A stretch of 64,000 nucleotides of DNA from Capsulimonadaceae bacterium (GTDB lineage: Bacteria > Armatimonadota > Armatimonadia > Armatimonadales > Capsulimonadaceae), in the NCBI GenBank assembly GCA_965215505.1, contig OZ244065.1, positions 5,824,001-5,888,000 on the forward strand, in the 5' to 3' direction. Below the pieces are notes generated by a model. That model saw only the letters and a program-made list of their open reading frames with translations, made no database searches and was not told the DNA's origin. Below are positions 29,003 through 39,091 of the stretch, piece after piece. Numbering within the stretch: position 1 is the first letter of the stretch; every line of letters starts with the position of its first letter. The position numbers and the translations under genes were made by a program.

Positions 29003-29069
29003 TGTTACAGCGCTGTCACAAACCGGCGCGGGGGTGCCTGATTATGGCACGGGTGGGGCTGGCTGTCAA
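29003..29069 (-). promoter_or_regulatory. sigma70 promoter with a downstream LacI-type operator
   Basis: Minus strand TTGACA(29069-29064)-17 nt-CATAAT(29046-29041); palindrome TGTTACAGCGCTGTCACA at 29003-29020. Confidence 0.75.
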
Positions 29070-29150
29070 GAGGATGCTAACTGCTGTACGGACGGCGCAG
29101 CTAATCACCGCATCACCCTATAGGCTCCATGCAACGAGAGATGCAGCTGT

Positions 29151-30839
29151 TCAATGCCCCCCGCCCCCGCCGCCGGGCGGGGCCTTCTTGGCTTTGCCTA
29201 GCAGCAGCAGCGCGGGGGTGGCGAGGACGAAGGTGATCCCCAGCAGCAGGAAGGCATCGTTATAAGACATGGTGGCGGCGTTGACCTGGACCACGCGGTC
29301 TATCGAGCGCACCGCCACCTGATGCGCCCCAGTCGCGCTGAAGCCCGCCGAGGCGAAGTGGGCGGCGGCGCTGGCCTGGCGGCTCAGGAAAGCCGCGTTG
29401 CCGGGAGTCAGGTAGGAGACGATGTTGGCGCGGTGATACGCCTCCTGGTTGGAGATGTAGGTGTTCAGGTAGGCGATGCCGAACGACCCGCCGAGCTGCC
29501 GGGCAAGGTTGATCAGTCCGGACGCCTGCTGGATCTCCGGCCCCTTTAATGCCGCGAAGACGACGAAGTTGATGGGGGCGAACAGGAAGCCCAGCCCCAG
29601 CCCGCGCACGATCAGGCCGATGCGCGTGTCCGGCTCGCCCGACTGCGGGGTCAGGTGGCCCAGCATCCACATGGAGGTGATAAAGATGCCCATGCCGAAG
29701 AGGATCAGGACGCGCGGGTCCACCAGCGGCTTCGCGCCGTTGAGCGCGCGCCCGCAGAACATCGCCGCCGCGCCGGTCGCCAGCCCGCCGGGCAGCAGGA
29801 CCAGGCCGGTCGCGGTCGGGCTGAAGCCCAGCACGTTCTGGACGAACATGGGGAAGATGAAGACCCCCCCGTACAGGCCGAAGCCCAAGGCGAGGAACAG
29901 GACCAGGCCCGCCGTCAGGTCCTTGTTCTTCAGAATCCGGAAATTGACGATCGGGGCCTTGTTGCGGGGCGACAGTTCCCAGGCCAGCATGGCGGCGAGC
30001 GTGACGGCGGCCAGGATGGACAGACGGACAATCCCGACGCTGTTGAACCAGTCGTCCCGCTTGCCTTCCTCCAGGACGTACTGCAAGGACCCCAGGCCGA
30101 CGGTCAGCAGGGCGATGCCAGGGACGTCGATGGGCGGGGCCTTCCCCTGGTTCGGCGAGTCGTGCAGGAAGGTCACGACCAGGAAGGCGGAGATCAGCCC
30201 GATGGGGATGTTCACGAAGAAGATCCAGGGCCAGTTATAATTGTCGGTGATGTAGCCGCCGACGACAGGCCCCAGGGTGGGGGCCATGACGATGCCCAGG
30301 ATGAACAGGGCCTGTACGACCCCCTGTTGCTCCTTGGGGAAGATCTGCCGCAGAGTGGCCTGGCCCGTCGAGAGCAGGGCCGCGCCGCCCGCGCCCTGCA
30401 AGATGCGCCACGCGATGACCTCGTTCAAGGTGCGCGACGTCCCGCAGAAGAACGAGGCGACGATGAAGATGATGATGGAGGTCGTCAAATAGTTCTTGCG
30501 CCCGAAGCGCAGCGACAGCCACGCCGTCATCGGCAGGATGATGACGTTGGCGAGGATGTAGGCCGTCGAGATCCAGGCGATCTCGTCGGTCGTCGCGTTG
30601 AGGTTGCCGGCCATCTGGGGCAGGGCGACGTTGATGATCGTCGTGTCCAGCACCTCCATGATGGCCGCCGTGATCAGACCGATCAGGATGATCCACCGAT
30701 ACGGGTCCGGGGGCGCCGCGCCCGCCCCACCGCCCTGCGGACCGCCGCCCTGTTGCTGACCGCCCTGCGCGCCGCCACCCCCGCCGCCTCCGTGCGGCTG
30801 GGGGCGGCGGTCCCGCCCGTCAAGTACCTGTGTTGCCAC
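29151..30839 (-). CDS. DHA2 (EmrB-like) MFS efflux transporter
   Basis: MEVLDTTIINVALP, WRILQGAGG, APTLGPVVGG, WPWIFFVNIPIG, LARQLGGSFG. Confidence 0.93.
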   Translation of the reverse strand: MATQVLDGRDRRPQPHGGGGGGGAQGGQQQGGGPQGGGAGAAPPDPYRWIILIGLITAAIMEVLDTTIINVALPQMAGNLNATTDEIAWISTAYILANVIILPMTAWLSLRFGRKNYLTTSIIIFIVASFFCGTSRTLNEVIAWRILQGAGGAALLSTGQATLRQIFPKEQQGVVQALFILGIVMAPTLGPVVGGYITDNYNWPWIFFVNIPIGLISAFLVVTFLHDSPNQGKAPPIDVPGIALLTVGLGSLQYVLEEGKRDDWFNSVGIVRLSILAAVTLAAMLAWELSPRNKAPIVNFRILKNKDLTAGLVLFLALGFGLYGGVFIFPMFVQNVLGFSPTATGLVLLPGGLATGAAAMFCGRALNGAKPLVDPRVLILFGMGIFITSMWMLGHLTPQSGEPDTRIGLIVRGLGLGFLFAPINFVVFAALKGPEIQQASGLINLARQLGGSFGIAYLNTYISNQEAYHRANIVSYLTPGNAAFLSRQASAAAHFASAGFSATGAHQVAVRSIDRVVQVNAATMSYNDAFLLLGITFVLATPALLLLGKAKKAPPGGGGGGH

Positions 30840-30891
30840 TGCGCGCTCCCGTCCTTCTATCCCGTCCTTCTATCCCTGCCTCGTCTGTACT

Positions 30892-32670
30892 CTAGTCCTT
30901 ATGCCGGCCCGTGCTCACGTCAATCGTGGCGACGACGGACATGCCCTGCCGGAGATTGTGGATGTCGTCTATCCGGGCGTACTTCTTGTCGTCGCCGTCA
31001 TTGGCCTTGTCCAGCTCGATGCGGACGGGGATGCGCTGGACGACCTTGGTGAAGTTGCCCGTCGCGTTATCCGGAGGCAGCAGGGCCTCGGTCGCGCCGG
31101 TCGCCTCGTTGATGCTCTGCACATGGCCTTTGAAGACGCGGCCGGGGAACGAGTCCACCTCGATCTCCGCCGACTCGCCGGGCTTGACGTCGCGGAGCTG
31201 CGTCTCCTTGAAGTTCGCCGTGACGTAGACATAGTCGCCCTGGGTGATGGTCACCACCGTCTGGCCGGGCGAGAGGGACGCCCCGACGTTGACCGCCTTC
31301 TTGACCACCGTGCCGTCGGCGGGCGAGGGGATCAGGCAGTCGTTCAGAGTCACCAGGGCGTTCGCGAGCGCGGCCTTGGCCGAGTTCGCCTGGGCGCGGA
31401 AGGTGTTGATCTGGTCCCGGCGCAGCGCGATCTGCGTCTTCCCGGCCTGGGCGGTGGCGAGGTCGGCCTGCGCGCCGGAGTTCTGGCCCAGGTTGCCGAC
31501 GACGTTCGCCTGCTGGATGCCGATCTGGGACAGGTTGGCGCGGGCGATGCCAAGCCCCGCCTGGGCGACCTGGACGTTCTGGTGGAAGGCGTCGGCGGCC
31601 CGCTGGGCGGCCCGGAGCTGGGCTGCCGCCTGGGCGACGTTCGCGCGGGCGGCGTTCACCTGCGAGTGCGCCTGGGCCGCCTGGTAGCGCGAGGCGTCGA
31701 GCTGCGACTGCGCGCTGGTGGCGGCTGCCGCGGCGGCGTCATACTGCTGGGGCGTGACGGCCTCCTGGCGGACCAGGACGGCGTAGCGCTTCTGGTCGTT
31801 GGACCTCTGGATGGCGGTCCCAAGGTAGCCCGCGATGGTCGAGTCGGCGGCGTCGGCGGCCCTCTGGGCGGTGCGGACCGTCTGCTGCTGGGCGTTGACT
31901 GCCGCCCGCGCCGTCTGCACCTGGGCGTCATACTGGGCGGCCTGCTGGCGGGCCTGCTCCACCTGGCTCTCGGCCTGGCGGACCTGGTTCCGGACCTGAC
32001 CGCTGCTCAGAACGACCTGCTGCTGTGCCCCGAAGGTCCTCGCCTGCTGGGCGGCGAGATCCGCCTGCGCCTTGCGGATGGCGGCCTGCGTGGCCTGCTG
32101 CTGGTAGAGGAGGTTCTGCTGGGCCTGCGGGAGCTGGCTGAGGGCGGCCTGATAAGTGGCCTGCGCCTGCTGGACGGCTGCGCGCGGGCCGCTGTCTTCG
32201 AGCCGCCCGAGGGGCTGGCCCTTTTTGACCTTGTCGCCCTCGTCCACCAGGAGCTGAGTCAGGGTGCCGCTGATGATCGGGCTGACATTGACCAGGTTAC
32301 CCTGGACGTAGGCGTCGTCCGTGCTGACGTGGTCCTGGTTGTAGTGGTAGAAGGAAAGGCCATAGATCAGGCCCGCAATCAGCAGGGCGGCTACGACCGC
32401 CCCGATGATGAGCTTCCTGACGGGGCTGGCCGGCTTCTTCCCCGCCTCCTTGTCATCGGCCTTGCCGCCATCCCCCTTGCCGCCATCCCCCTTGCCGCCA
32501 TCGTCCTTTTTTTCTTCCTTGGGGGCGGCATACTTCGCGCCGTCATGCCCTTCCGGAGTGACGGCGGGGAACTTGGCCTGGCCGTGACCGTTCCCGTTGC
32601 CGTTGACAACATCCTTCGCCGGGGCCGGGTAGACCTGTGACTGTGTTTTCTGCTGCTGTTCGTCTGCCAT
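30892..32670 (-). CDS. HlyD/EmrA-family membrane fusion protein with a long coiled coil
   Basis: STDDAYVQG, ANFKETQL, LLPPDNATGNFTKVVQRIPVRI. Confidence 0.93.
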   Translation of the reverse strand: MADEQQQKTQSQVYPAPAKDVVNGNGNGHGQAKFPAVTPEGHDGAKYAAPKEEKKDDGGKGDGGKGDGGKADDKEAGKKPASPVRKLIIGAVVAALLIAGLIYGLSFYHYNQDHVSTDDAYVQGNLVNVSPIISGTLTQLLVDEGDKVKKGQPLGRLEDSGPRAAVQQAQATYQAALSQLPQAQQNLLYQQQATQAAIRKAQADLAAQQARTFGAQQQVVLSSGQVRNQVRQAESQVEQARQQAAQYDAQVQTARAAVNAQQQTVRTAQRAADAADSTIAGYLGTAIQRSNDQKRYAVLVRQEAVTPQQYDAAAAAATSAQSQLDASRYQAAQAHSQVNAARANVAQAAAQLRAAQRAADAFHQNVQVAQAGLGIARANLSQIGIQQANVVGNLGQNSGAQADLATAQAGKTQIALRRDQINTFRAQANSAKAALANALVTLNDCLIPSPADGTVVKKAVNVGASLSPGQTVVTITQGDYVYVTANFKETQLRDVKPGESAEIEVDSFPGRVFKGHVQSINEATGATEALLPPDNATGNFTKVVQRIPVRIELDKANDGDDKKYARIDDIHNLRQGMSVVATIDVSTGRHKD

Positions 32671-32692
32671 TTGTTTGCCTTCCTGCCTTGTC

Positions 32693-34606
32693 CTACTGCA
32701 CCTGCGGCGTCCCCACCGCGTTCTGGAACTGGGCACGCGCGACCAGATAATTGTAGACCGCGTCCACCTGATTGTTTTCCGCCTGCACGAGCGCGGCCTG
32801 GGCGTCGGTGACTTCCAGGTAAAGCCCGACCTGGCCCTGATAGCGGAGCTGGGCGAGCTGCCGCGCCCCGACGGCCGACTGCAAGGCGGCGTTCGCCGCC
32901 CCGATCTGCTGGGCCGCCGTCGCCAGGTTCAGGTACGCCTGCCGGACGTCCAGGGCCACGTCGGAGCGGGTGGAGGCAAGAGACGTCTCTGCGTTCTGCG
33001 TCCGCAGCCGCGCCTCCTGCACCCTGTCGCGCGTCAGGCCGCCGTCATACAGCGGGATGTCGAGCGTGGCCGTGAGCTGTCCGACCCGCTTGCGCGGGAA
33101 CTGGAACGAGGGCGTCGGGTAGTAGTTCCCCGCCGCGCTCAGGCTGAAGGTCGGCTCCAGGCCCGCCCGCGAGAGCTTCACGCCGGTCTCGGCCACGCGC
33201 ACATTGACCTGGGCCTGCAAAATCTCGGGCCTCTGCGCGTTCGCTGTTTGAAGCGCGCGGTTCACATTGATCGCCCCCACCTCGTTCGGGGCGGTCGGCA
33301 GCGGCGGCTGGGCCTTCGGGTCGGGGGCACCGACGCTGGAGAAGTCCGTCACCGGCTGCTGGATGACGACGCCCGGCGGGTCCACGAGCCGCACCGGGGC
33401 GGGCAGGGGACGCCCGACCAGGTCATTGAAGCTGGTCAGGGCGATGGCGAAATTGTTCTGGGCGCTGTCCAGGTTCTGCTGGGCCGTCGCCACCTGCGTC
33501 TGCGCGCGCAGGACATCTATCCGCTGCCCGACGCCCGCCGCGTTGAGGTTCGTCGCGTCCTGGAGCTGCCGCTCGGCGTTGTTCAGGGCGGCCTGGGCGA
33601 CGTCCACCTGGTGCTGGGCGCGCAGGGTGTTGAAGTAGATCGTCTGCGCCCGCAGGATGCGGGCGTTGCGGATCTGCCCCAGGATGAACTCGTCCGCCAG
33701 GCTTTGCAGCCGCGCCTGGTCGGTGGCGGCGCGGATCTGGCCGGTCAGATCAAAGCGGTTGCTGACGTTGAGCGTCAGGATCTCCTGGTGCGTCGGCGTC
33801 ACCTGGATGGGCGGGCCGCTGCCGAGGGCGATCTCGGTCGCCTGATCGTACCGGATGGCCGTCCCCGAGGCATCCACGTTGGGCCGCCCGGCGTCGGCGG
33901 CCTCGTCGGAGCGCTTGCGGTCTATCTGGACGTTGCGCGCCGCCGTCTGCACATCCGCGCTGCTCTGGATCGCCGCCCGGATGGTCGCCGGCAGGTCGAA
34001 CAACTGCGGCCCGCCGGACGCGCCGGGGACGGGCAGGCTGCCCTGCGCGCCGCCGGTCCCGGTGTCCCCGCTCCCATTCGTGCCGTTAGTCCCCGTCGTC
34101 CCGTTCTGCGAGGAGCCGACGCCGTTGCTCCCGTTAGTCCCGTTAGCGCCATTGTTCCCATTTGTGCCGGTATTGCCGGTGGTGCCCGCCGCGCCGTCCG
34201 TACCCCCTGCGCCGTTCGTACCTGTATTCCCTGCGCCTGCCGTCCCGGTGCCGTTCGCATTCCCGACTCCCGTGGCCGTTCCGGGGGCCGCGACGCCGCT
34301 GCCCGTCCCGTTCCCGGTGCCGCCGGCATTGCCGGTCGCACCCGCGCCGACGCCGGTTCCGCCGACCCCCGACCCGCCGACGCCCGTGCCGCCGGTCCCG
34401 TTGGCTCCCGTCCCCGCCGCGCCGCCCGTGCCTGTGTTCCCCCCGGCACCCCCCGTGCCGCCCGCCCCGGCCCCTGAGCCGCCAGCTTGGCCGAACAAGA
34501 TGAAGCCGGGCGCGAGCGGGCCGGCGGCGAGTGCCGGGACGGCGCTGAGACTGAGTGCGACGCCCAGGGACGCGGCGGCGCGTCGGGCGCGTGTTCGTTT
34601 GGTCAT
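32693..34606 (-). CDS. TolC-family outer membrane factor with a Gly/Thr/Ala/Asn-rich N-terminal extension
   Basis: Signal peptide; low-complexity tract; OEP repeats (IPLYDGG, LDVRQAY, RYQGQVG..EVTDAQ); ATGA overlap with tetR. Confidence 0.88.
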   Translation of the reverse strand: MTKRTRARRAAASLGVALSLSAVPALAAGPLAPGFILFGQAGGSGAGAGGTGGAGGNTGTGGAAGTGANGTGGTGVGGSGVGGTGVGAGATGNAGGTGNGTGSGVAAPGTATGVGNANGTGTAGAGNTGTNGAGGTDGAAGTTGNTGTNGNNGANGTNGSNGVGSSQNGTTGTNGTNGSGDTGTGGAQGSLPVPGASGGPQLFDLPATIRAAIQSSADVQTAARNVQIDRKRSDEAADAGRPNVDASGTAIRYDQATEIALGSGPPIQVTPTHQEILTLNVSNRFDLTGQIRAATDQARLQSLADEFILGQIRNARILRAQTIYFNTLRAQHQVDVAQAALNNAERQLQDATNLNAAGVGQRIDVLRAQTQVATAQQNLDSAQNNFAIALTSFNDLVGRPLPAPVRLVDPPGVVIQQPVTDFSSVGAPDPKAQPPLPTAPNEVGAINVNRALQTANAQRPEILQAQVNVRVAETGVKLSRAGLEPTFSLSAAGNYYPTPSFQFPRKRVGQLTATLDIPLYDGGLTRDRVQEARLRTQNAETSLASTRSDVALDVRQAYLNLATAAQQIGAANAALQSAVGARQLAQLRYQGQVGLYLEVTDAQAALVQAENNQVDAVYNYLVARAQFQNAVGTPQVQ

Positions 34607-35187
34607 GATTTGCGAAGTCCTCGGACCGTAAGGTCCACAATTTCGGAGATTTCCGAGGCGATCTCGCCCTCGGATGACACGCACGGGTGCGGCGGCAGGA
34701 ACCCCATGCACATGGTCTTCAGGGTGCGGGCCGCCCGCAGGGTGTCCGGGACATCGAAGACGCCGAGCCGGTTGCCTTCCTCCAAAACTCCCGCCAGCAG
34801 TTCCCATTCCTGCTCCAAGTAGGGCCGCATCCGCCCCTGCCAGTGGGGCTTGATTGCCACCACCAGTTCCAGCGTCGCCGGAGACTCGTGGCATCGCTGG
34901 AAGGCATTGAGCATCGGCCGCTGGAGCATCTCCGTCAGCTTCTGCACCGGCGTCTTGCCGGGGTCGCAGGCGACCGCCCGGCTCTTCTCCAGGCTGTCTT
35001 CCTTGTACTGCGCCATGATCGCCAGCCCGATGTCTTCTTTACCCTCAAAGTAGAGGTACACCGTGCCCTTGCCCACGCCCGCATCAGAGGCGATCTCGTC
35101 AATCGTCGTCTTCTTGAAGCCGTAGTGCCAGAGCCGCTGCTCCGCCGCGTCCAGGATTTTCTGCCGCACGTCGCCGTTGCGTGTCAT
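34603..35187 (-). CDS. TetR/AcrR family transcriptional regulator
   Basis: ILDAAEQ..GFKKTTIDEIASDAGVGKGTVYLYF HTH. Confidence 0.95.
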   Translation of the reverse strand: MTRNGDVRQKILDAAEQRLWHYGFKKTTIDEIASDAGVGKGTVYLYFEGKEDIGLAIMAQYKEDSLEKSRAVACDPGKTPVQKLTEMLQRPMLNAFQRCHESPATLELVVAIKPHWQGRMRPYLEQEWELLAGVLEEGNRLGVFDVPDTLRAARTLKTMCMGFLPPHPCVSSEGEIASEISEIVDLTVRGLRKS

Positions 35188-35214
35188 GGGAACTCTATCT
35201 CACTTGCTGAACAA

Positions 35215-35267
35215 CTGACTGATTTGTTATTCTAGTCAGAGTATACCACGCCAACACCGATTTTCAA
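35215..35267 (-). promoter_or_regulatory. tetR operon promoter and probable TetR operator
   Basis: Minus strand TTGAAA-16-(TG)TATACT; inverted repeat CTGACT-N13-AGTCAG (35215-35239) over the predicted start site. Confidence 0.6.
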
Positions 35268-35331
35268 TCCGGCGTTCCCTTGTTGCAAAAATGTGCCGGA
35301 CCGGTTAAACTTATCCCAAGAGGACCCGACC

Positions 35332-36228
35332 ATGCCGACCATGCCGTTCTACATCGCCGACTCGTTCACACCCACCCGCTACGCCGGGAACCCCGCCGGG
35401 GTCGTCTTCCCCGACGCGCCGCTCACCGAGGCGCAGATGCTGGCCGTCGCGGGCGAGTTGCACCTGGAGTCCGCTTTCGCCACGCCCCACGACGGGCCGG
35501 AGGCCGACTACCTCGTCGCCTACTACACCGGTGCACAGCGCATCCCCCTGTGCGGCCACGACACCATCGCCCTCGCCACCGTGCTGGCGCAGACGGGCCG
35601 GCTGGATACCCCCGGCACGGTCCGGCTGCTGACCGACGTCGGCGTCCTGGCCGTGGAGGTGGCGGAGGGCGGCACGGTCACGATGAGTCAGGCCCTGCCC
35701 CACTACGGGCAGATCGTGGACGCCGCCGACGCCGCCGGGGCACTGGGCCTCCCCGCCCACGAGATCACCGACAGCGGCCTGCCGGTCCAGATCGTCTCCA
35801 CCGGCACCCCGTTCCTCATCGTCCCGGTCGCCCGCCGCGCCGCCCTGTCCGCCCTCCTGCCCGACATGACCGCGCTCGTCACCTACGGCGACACCCTGGC
35901 CGCCCCCATCGCCGGCTTCTACGTCTGGACGACCGACACCGAGAGCGCCGACGCCCAGATTCACGCCCGCTGCTTCTGCCCCGCCGTCGGCCTGCCCGAA
36001 GACCCCGTGACCGGTACGGCCAGCGCCGCAGTGGGGGCCTACCTCGCCCTCCACGGCCCCCTCCGGCCCGATGCGGGCGGCGTCCTGCGCTTCCGCACCG
36101 AGCAGGGCCACGCCATGGGCCGCCCCGGCAGCGCCGCCGTCCGCCTGGAGACGGACGGCGGGAAGGTGACGCGCGTCCAGATCAGCGGCGGCGCGGTCCT
36201 GGTGGGGGAGGGGAAACTGTGGCTGTAG
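35332..36228 (+). CDS. PhzF family isomerase/epimerase
   Basis: DSFT..GNPAGV, LESAF, LCGHDT, EDPVTGTA, EQGHAMGRP. Confidence 0.9.
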   Translation: MPTMPFYIADSFTPTRYAGNPAGVVFPDAPLTEAQMLAVAGELHLESAFATPHDGPEADYLVAYYTGAQRIPLCGHDTIALATVLAQTGRLDTPGTVRLLTDVGVLAVEVAEGGTVTMSQALPHYGQIVDAADAAGALGLPAHEITDSGLPVQIVSTGTPFLIVPVARRAALSALLPDMTALVTYGDTLAAPIAGFYVWTTDTESADAQIHARCFCPAVGLPEDPVTGTASAAVGAYLALHGPLRPDAGGVLRFRTEQGHAMGRPGSAAVRLETDGGKVTRVQISGGAVLVGEGKLWL

Positions 36229-36257
36229 GGGAACGGACTACAAGAGAACAGAACGCA

Positions 36258-37787
36258 ATGAAGACACGCCGGGCACTCTTTTACGCCCTCCTCCTGCTCG
36301 CCGCGCTCCTGACCGGGCGACCCGCCGCCATCGCTCAGGGCGCACTCAGCAGCGTTCCCAGCGTCAGCGTGTCCGGGAGCGGCTTCACGGTGCAGACATT
36401 GCGCGAGGGCGGCACGGCCTACGGCAACCGCGTCTATGTGTGGCGCGGCGTCCCCGCCGCCCTGCAAGGCTGGCAGTACACGCAGACCGACGGCGGACAG
36501 GCGGCGGTGCTGACCGTGACGCCCGGCTCGGCCGGGTTCGTGTATGCCGCCTCGTCCGCCGCGCTGCCGGGCTGGGAGGAGGTTCCCGCGCTCGCCTTCC
36601 ACTACTCCGACAAGAACGTGACCGCGATGGTCGTCTACCGGCACCCATCCCCCGCCGGCGGTTCCCTCCCCGTCCCGCAGGTCGGCTGGACGGGGACGAT
36701 CGTCCTCGCGCCCGCCGTGGAGCTAAAGACCGCGCCCGTCCCCGGCGTCGTCGTGGACTACTCCCCCGCCTCCACCGGCAGCTACATCGGCTCGCCCAGC
36801 CTCGTCCTCCTGCCCAGTGGCGATTATGTCGCCTCCCATGACCTGTTCGGGCCTGGCTCGACGTCGGACCAGACGCGGCTGTTCGTGTCGCACGACAAAG
36901 GGCAGACCTGGGCACCCCTCGCCGACCTCCGGGGGCAGTACTGGTCCACCCTGTTCGTCAGTGGCGGGCATCTTTACCTCATGGGCACCAGCCGCGAGTT
37001 CGGCGACGCCGTGATCCGCCGCTCGGATGACGGGGGGCGGACCTGGACGACGCCCGCCGACGCCTCGACCGGCCTGCTCGCCTCCGGGGGCCGTTTCCAC
37101 TGCGCGCCCGTCCCGGTCGTCGTCCAGAACGGGCGCGTGTGGCGGGCGATGGAACACCTCGCGCCGGGCGGGGGCCGCCACTTCCTCGCCTTCGTCCTGT
37201 CCGCGCCCCTCGGCGCGGACCTGCTGCAAGCCGCAAGCTGGACGGCCAGCTGGCCGCTGGACTTCCATCCGGACTGGCCCGGCGACAACTGGCTGGAAGG
37301 CAACGCCGTGGTGACGCCGCAGGGCGCGGTGGTAGACATCCTGCGCGTCGGACTGCCTCACGCGGACCGCGCGGCCATCGTCCGCGTCTCCCCGGACGGC
37401 ACGGCGGCGGCCTTCGATCCCGCCGCCGACCTGATAGACTTCCCCGGCGGGAACACCAAGTTCACGGTCCGCTATGACCCCGTTTCGCGCCGCTACTGGT
37501 CCCTGGTCAACCCGCAGAAGGACCCGCCCGCCGAGCGCAATATCCTCGCCCTGACCTCCTCCGCCGACCTGCGCCACTGGGCCGTCGCCTCCGTCCTCCT
37601 CCGCGACCCCGACCGCCGCTCGGTCGCGTTCCAGTATGTGGACTGGCAGTTCGACGGCAGCGACATCGTCGCCGTCTCGCGCACGGCCTTTGGCGGCGCG
37701 CACTCCTACCACGACGCGAACTATTTGACCTTCCACCGCATCGCCGGCTTCCGCTCCCTCGCGGCGGTGAGCGGCGCAAAGCCTTGA
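36258..37787 (+). CDS. secreted BNR/Asp-box (sialidase-like) protein
   Basis: Signal peptide; YIGSPS; Asp-boxes SHDKGQTW, SDDGGRTW, SADLRHW. Confidence 0.8.
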   Translation: MKTRRALFYALLLLAALLTGRPAAIAQGALSSVPSVSVSGSGFTVQTLREGGTAYGNRVYVWRGVPAALQGWQYTQTDGGQAAVLTVTPGSAGFVYAASSAALPGWEEVPALAFHYSDKNVTAMVVYRHPSPAGGSLPVPQVGWTGTIVLAPAVELKTAPVPGVVVDYSPASTGSYIGSPSLVLLPSGDYVASHDLFGPGSTSDQTRLFVSHDKGQTWAPLADLRGQYWSTLFVSGGHLYLMGTSREFGDAVIRRSDDGGRTWTTPADASTGLLASGGRFHCAPVPVVVQNGRVWRAMEHLAPGGGRHFLAFVLSAPLGADLLQAASWTASWPLDFHPDWPGDNWLEGNAVVTPQGAVVDILRVGLPHADRAAIVRVSPDGTAAAFDPAADLIDFPGGNTKFTVRYDPVSRRYWSLVNPQKDPPAERNILALTSSADLRHWAVASVLLRDPDRRSVAFQYVDWQFDGSDIVAVSRTAFGGAHSYHDANYLTFHRIAGFRSLAAVSGAKP

Positions 37788-37852
37788 ATGCGGTATGATG
37801 GTGGCAGGGGAACTTACTATCACGCCACAGCATCCTCTGGGAGAACAGCACG

Positions 37853-38971
37853 ATGGCAAGGGCAAAAATCAACCGCGACCTCGGCAGACGGCATTTTGAT
37901 GAAGGCAATCATCTGTCCGGGTCTGGTCAGGGGGACGCCGCGATCCGGGAGTATGTCGCGGCGACCCGAGCGAATCCCAACAACTCCGAATACTTCCTGA
38001 ACCTCGGCGTCGCCTACACCGAGGCGGGCGACCTGGAAGCCGCCCGGCTCTCCTATGAGGCGGCACGGAATCTCGCCCCGGAAGACCCGAGCGTCCTCTA
38101 CAACATCGGCCTGAACCTGGCGCAGAGGGAACAATTCGAAGAGGCGGCCCGCGTGTTCCGGCAGTTGATCGTGCTTACCCCGGACGATAGCGACGCTCAC
38201 GCGGCGCTGGGCAACGCGCTCCTGTCCAGCGGCAAGGCGGAGGAATCGGCTCAGGTCTACCGGGACGCCCTCCAGGCTGACCCGGAGAATGCACAACTGC
38301 ATTACGGCCTGGGTCGCGCTCTGAAAGAGGCCGGCGAGCCGCGCTCGGCCATCGCCTCATACAAGAAGGCTCTTCAGATCGCACCCGAGCGGGGCGACAT
38401 TTATTTCAGCCTCGCCCTCGCTTTGAGGCAGGAGGGTTTGCTGCGGGAGGCCATCGGCTTCTACGGCAAGGCCATCGAGTTCCAGAAAAATCCCGCCAGC
38501 GCCTATCACAACCTGGCATTGGCATTCGCCGCCAACGATCAGCCCGAGGACGCGCTCGCGACGTTCCGCCACGCGCTCCGCCTCCGCCCGGATGACCCGG
38601 ACACATACGCGGGCCTGGGCGACGTTCTCCGGAACCTCGGCCGCTTTGAGGAGGCCGCCCACGCCTACGAGGAGGCGATCACGCTCCGCCCCGGCGAGTC
38701 CCTGTTTCATGCGATTCTGGGAGACCTGTACGACAACATGGGGCTGACGACCGCCGCCGTCGCCGCGTACCAGCAGGCCCTCCGCCTTGCCCCCTCCGAC
38801 GCCCAGACCTACTACGATCTGGGAGTGGCGCTCGAAGGCGCGGGGCGCACTGCGGAGGCAAAGGGGGCATGGACGCAGGCGATCACCCACAGCCGCGCTG
38901 CCGACTTGACCCAAGCCGCAACGGAGGCGCTGGCAGGCCTGCTCCACGCTTCTTCTGGGCCGGATGGGTAG
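37853..38971 (+). CDS. tetratricopeptide repeat protein
   Basis: About ten TPR units (A..NLG..Y..A...P). Confidence 0.9.
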   Translation: MARAKINRDLGRRHFDEGNHLSGSGQGDAAIREYVAATRANPNNSEYFLNLGVAYTEAGDLEAARLSYEAARNLAPEDPSVLYNIGLNLAQREQFEEAARVFRQLIVLTPDDSDAHAALGNALLSSGKAEESAQVYRDALQADPENAQLHYGLGRALKEAGEPRSAIASYKKALQIAPERGDIYFSLALALRQEGLLREAIGFYGKAIEFQKNPASAYHNLALAFAANDQPEDALATFRHALRLRPDDPDTYAGLGDVLRNLGRFEEAAHAYEEAITLRPGESLFHAILGDLYDNMGLTTAAVAAYQQALRLAPSDAQTYYDLGVALEGAGRTAEAKGAWTQAITHSRAADLTQAATEALAGLLHASSGPDG

Positions 38972-38995
38972 GGGCGCGGCAAGCAGCGCCCCTAC
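38968..38995. repeat. GTAG-type REP palindrome
   Basis: GTAGGGGCGC-GGCAAGCA-GCGCCCCTAC; its TAG serves as the TPR gene stop codon. Confidence 0.7.
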
Positions 38996-39091
38996 GAATG
39001 ACCGCGCCCCGAAGCAGGGAAACGGCCCGCCTCTGGTGAACACTCCCCCTGTAATCAATTGGCACACAACGGAGTGCTACCAGGGGGCCGA

